Below, one piece after another: positions 61,735 through 64,000 of a stretch of DNA of 64,000 nucleotides (positions are counted from its first letter, which is position 1; each line of letters starts with the position of its first letter). The notes beneath the pieces were generated by a model, which saw nothing but the letters and a program-made list of their open reading frames with translations, was not told where the DNA came from and made no database searches. Source of the DNA: Octopus sinensis (taxonomy: Eukaryota); contig NW_021835467.1 in the NCBI RefSeq assembly GCF_006345805.1, positions 4,395-68,394 on the forward strand, in the 5' to 3' direction. Made by a program: the position numbers and the translations under genes.

Positions 61735-63303
61735 TTACAAAGGAAAATCTCTAATATATACACCCCTCGTCACCGAAAACCAGACATTCATCTGTCCTAT
61801 CAAAAATCCTCGAAAAATTTGTCCTGAAATCAATCTACCCTTTCCTCACTCTATCAAAGTCACAACATGGCTTCCGTCCGCAGCACTCAACAACTACACA
61901 CCTATCTTGTTTAACAAGATTCATTGCAGACGGATTTAATAACTACTCCCCTCCCCATCGAACAATTTTGGCCTCAATTGATATCAGTAAGGCTTTTGAC
62001 CGGACTTCACGACATGTCCTGAGCTCAAAAATTCACTCTTCTCCTATTCCCCATCGCCTGAAAATCTGGCTGTGTAGCTTCTTATCTGGTAGACTGGCTC
62101 AGACAAAATTCGGGTCAAAAAACTCCCGGTTTCGCTACTTACCTAATGGGGTCCCTCAGGGCTCCTGTCTCTCTCCAGTTCTCTTCAATCTACACCTCAG
62201 TGATATGCCTACTAATTCGGAAACACTACTCCTCTCGTACGCTGACGACATAGTGATTGCCTCAAGAAACAATTCCATCGACGCTGCAACAAACTCACTC
62301 CAAACTCATCTAGACTCTCTAACCAAATGGCTAGGATCTAACCATATGACTCCTTCTGCGTCCAAATCGTCCATCACTGTTTTTACATCTGATAAAAGAC
62401 AATTCAACCTAAACCCAGTCCTCTATGTGGCCGGTGAAATAATTCCTGTTATAAAAAACCCGAAAATCCTTGGAGTCGTATTCGATCAATGCCTATCTTT
62501 TACGCAACACGCGGAGCTCATTTCAACCAAAGCCAAACGCAAACTGAATGCACTACGTGCCTTATCTGGACAAACTTACGGCCAAGCCAAAGAATGCTTC
62601 ACTTTGGTTTACAAACAATTTGTCAGAACATTAATGAACTATGCTAGTCCAGCATGGTCATGGAACTTGTCTTATTCAAACCTCCAAAAACTCCAAAGAA
62701 TCCAAAACTCAGGCCTACGCACAATAACTGGCTGCCTTGCATCCACTCCCATCGATCATCTTCATTGGGAATCTTGTATCCTTCCGGTCGAAGACCATTT
62801 GACGATGAGAGGACTCCAATTCCTACAGGAAATACAAGACTTTTCTCATCCAAGTCACAAAATCTCTATTCCAGAAAACAAAAGACACATCATTTCTACT
62901 CTGGCCGATCAATGTAGATGTCTTTCAAAAATACTCTCAACCAACAATGGGAAAACTGCGAATAAACTAATCCATGACTACATCTCCTCTCGTGCTATCA
63001 GGATGCTTAAAAACAACAAACTTTTCAACTCTCCCCCCCGCCGGTCCACTCCTCAGAGCAATCACTCGGCAGATATCTCCGTGTCCAGCTTGCTCAGATT
63101 CGCTCGGGACATCATCCACTCATTTTCGAAACATACCGTTCCTTCACCCCTGAAGACCTCTTCCCCTGTCCTGGACCGCCTCACTTGTCTCCGCCTATTG
63201 GGATTCGGGATCTCTGGGAGCGCCCGATCTTCGCGTCTCGCTACCTGATTGCAGCCGGCTTCCTACGTGTTAGTGAAGCCGGGGTAACATAACTAACTAA
63301 CTA
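61735..63303 (+). mobile_element. 5'-truncated APE-type LINE, largely intact RT, (TAAC)n tail
   Basis: RPIHLSCP-like start, QHGFR, SIDISKAFD, GVPQGSCLSP, SYADD and ILGV.FD; ends TAACTAACTAACTAA. Confidence 0.93.
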
Positions 63304-63386
63304 AAGCAAAACATTAATTTTGTGGTGGCAGGTAAAACCGGACAAAACTTTTATAAATATAAAAGTCGTTGAAAAGAAGCTAAAAA

Positions 63387-63790
63387 TGTATAGTCAAAGA
63401 AGAAGTCACCTTTCAGATTTCCTGAAAGGACAAATTATTGCATTTTATAATCATAATATGACTTATCGAATGATTTCTGCAAATATAGGAGTCCCAAAAT
63501 CAACTGTATCAGATGTGATTTAAAAATTCACAAAAAACTAATTAACAGACATCCGGGAACTGGAGAATGCTCTTTTGATATTTTTAATACCAATAAGCAT
63601 CAAATACAGAAAATGGTTCTGCATACAACAAATGCAATATTGTCCCAACTGTAAAATGCGGTGGTGGAAAAGTAATGGTCTGGGGCAGTTTCTTGTATAA
63701 CGGAGTCGGTAATCTTGTTTTTATTGATGGAATTCTGAATAGTGCAAAATATATTAATATTTAAAACAATCAATGTGATTTATAAAAGTA
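63387..63790 (+). mobile_element. Tc1-like transposase fragment (different copy)
   Basis: HLSDFLKGQIIAF...GVPKSTV and PTVKCGGGKVMVWG...GVGNLVFIDG. Confidence 0.85.
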
Positions 63791-63804
63791 AAAAGATAGC
63801 TAAG

Positions 63805-64000
63805 CTAATTAATGGCCTCACGAGACACCCGGCCAGCCTCGCGAATGGCGAAGCCGTTCCCTCGGATCACAGCAATCGACAGACGTTCCAGGAGCCAAGA
63901 ATACTCTCTTGGATCGTGGCTAGTCCTTGAAATCCGTCGACCGAGCGAGCGAAGGAAGCGGAGTGTCTTGGGGCCGAAGATACCGGAGGACTCCACGGCA
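63805..64000 (-). mobile_element. CRE 3' end running off the window edge
   Basis: VESSGIFGPKT...DPREYSWLLERLSIAVIRGNGFAI. Confidence 0.85.

Noticed and set aside
1-64000. Bacterial horizontally transferred genes or prophage/viral segments
   Set aside because: Every identifiable gene is a eukaryotic family with spliceosomal introns or a eukaryotic transposon; no operon-like or viral hallmark genes are seen.

Overview
AT-rich eukaryotic (metazoan) genomic DNA, not prokaryotic. Compact host genes are cut by extremely short spliceosomal introns: more than 40 reconstructed by hand, all 19-37 nt. This best fits a dicyemid mesozoan (inference; myxozoans or orthonectids are alternatives). Host genes recognised: TIMELESS/timeout, an SLC16/MCT transporter, RER1, two IPMK-family copies (one frameshifted), SURF4, a secreted C-type plus F-type-like lectin, a miniaturised CBP/p300, a GH18 chitinase-like protein lacking the catalytic residues, TAF13 and a MARVEL protein. 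Much of the remaining sequence is mobile-element DNA: two hAT families, Tigger/pogo, Tc1, Merlin-like, Ginger-like integrase transposons, APE-type LINEs, R4-like elements and about ten CRE-clade pieces, often nested. Most striking: DNA transposases that need host-sized micro-introns to be readable. One TIR-bounded Ginger-like element has seven 23-26 nt introns that restore a single 430-codon frame. A diverged relative shares two of those intron positions, and a Merlin-like fragment also has one. Also notable are a CBP/p300 whose autoinhibitory loop is essentially absent, a 19-nt intron and a candidate GT-TG intron. All alignments and family calls were made by eye or from memory; no database searches were run.
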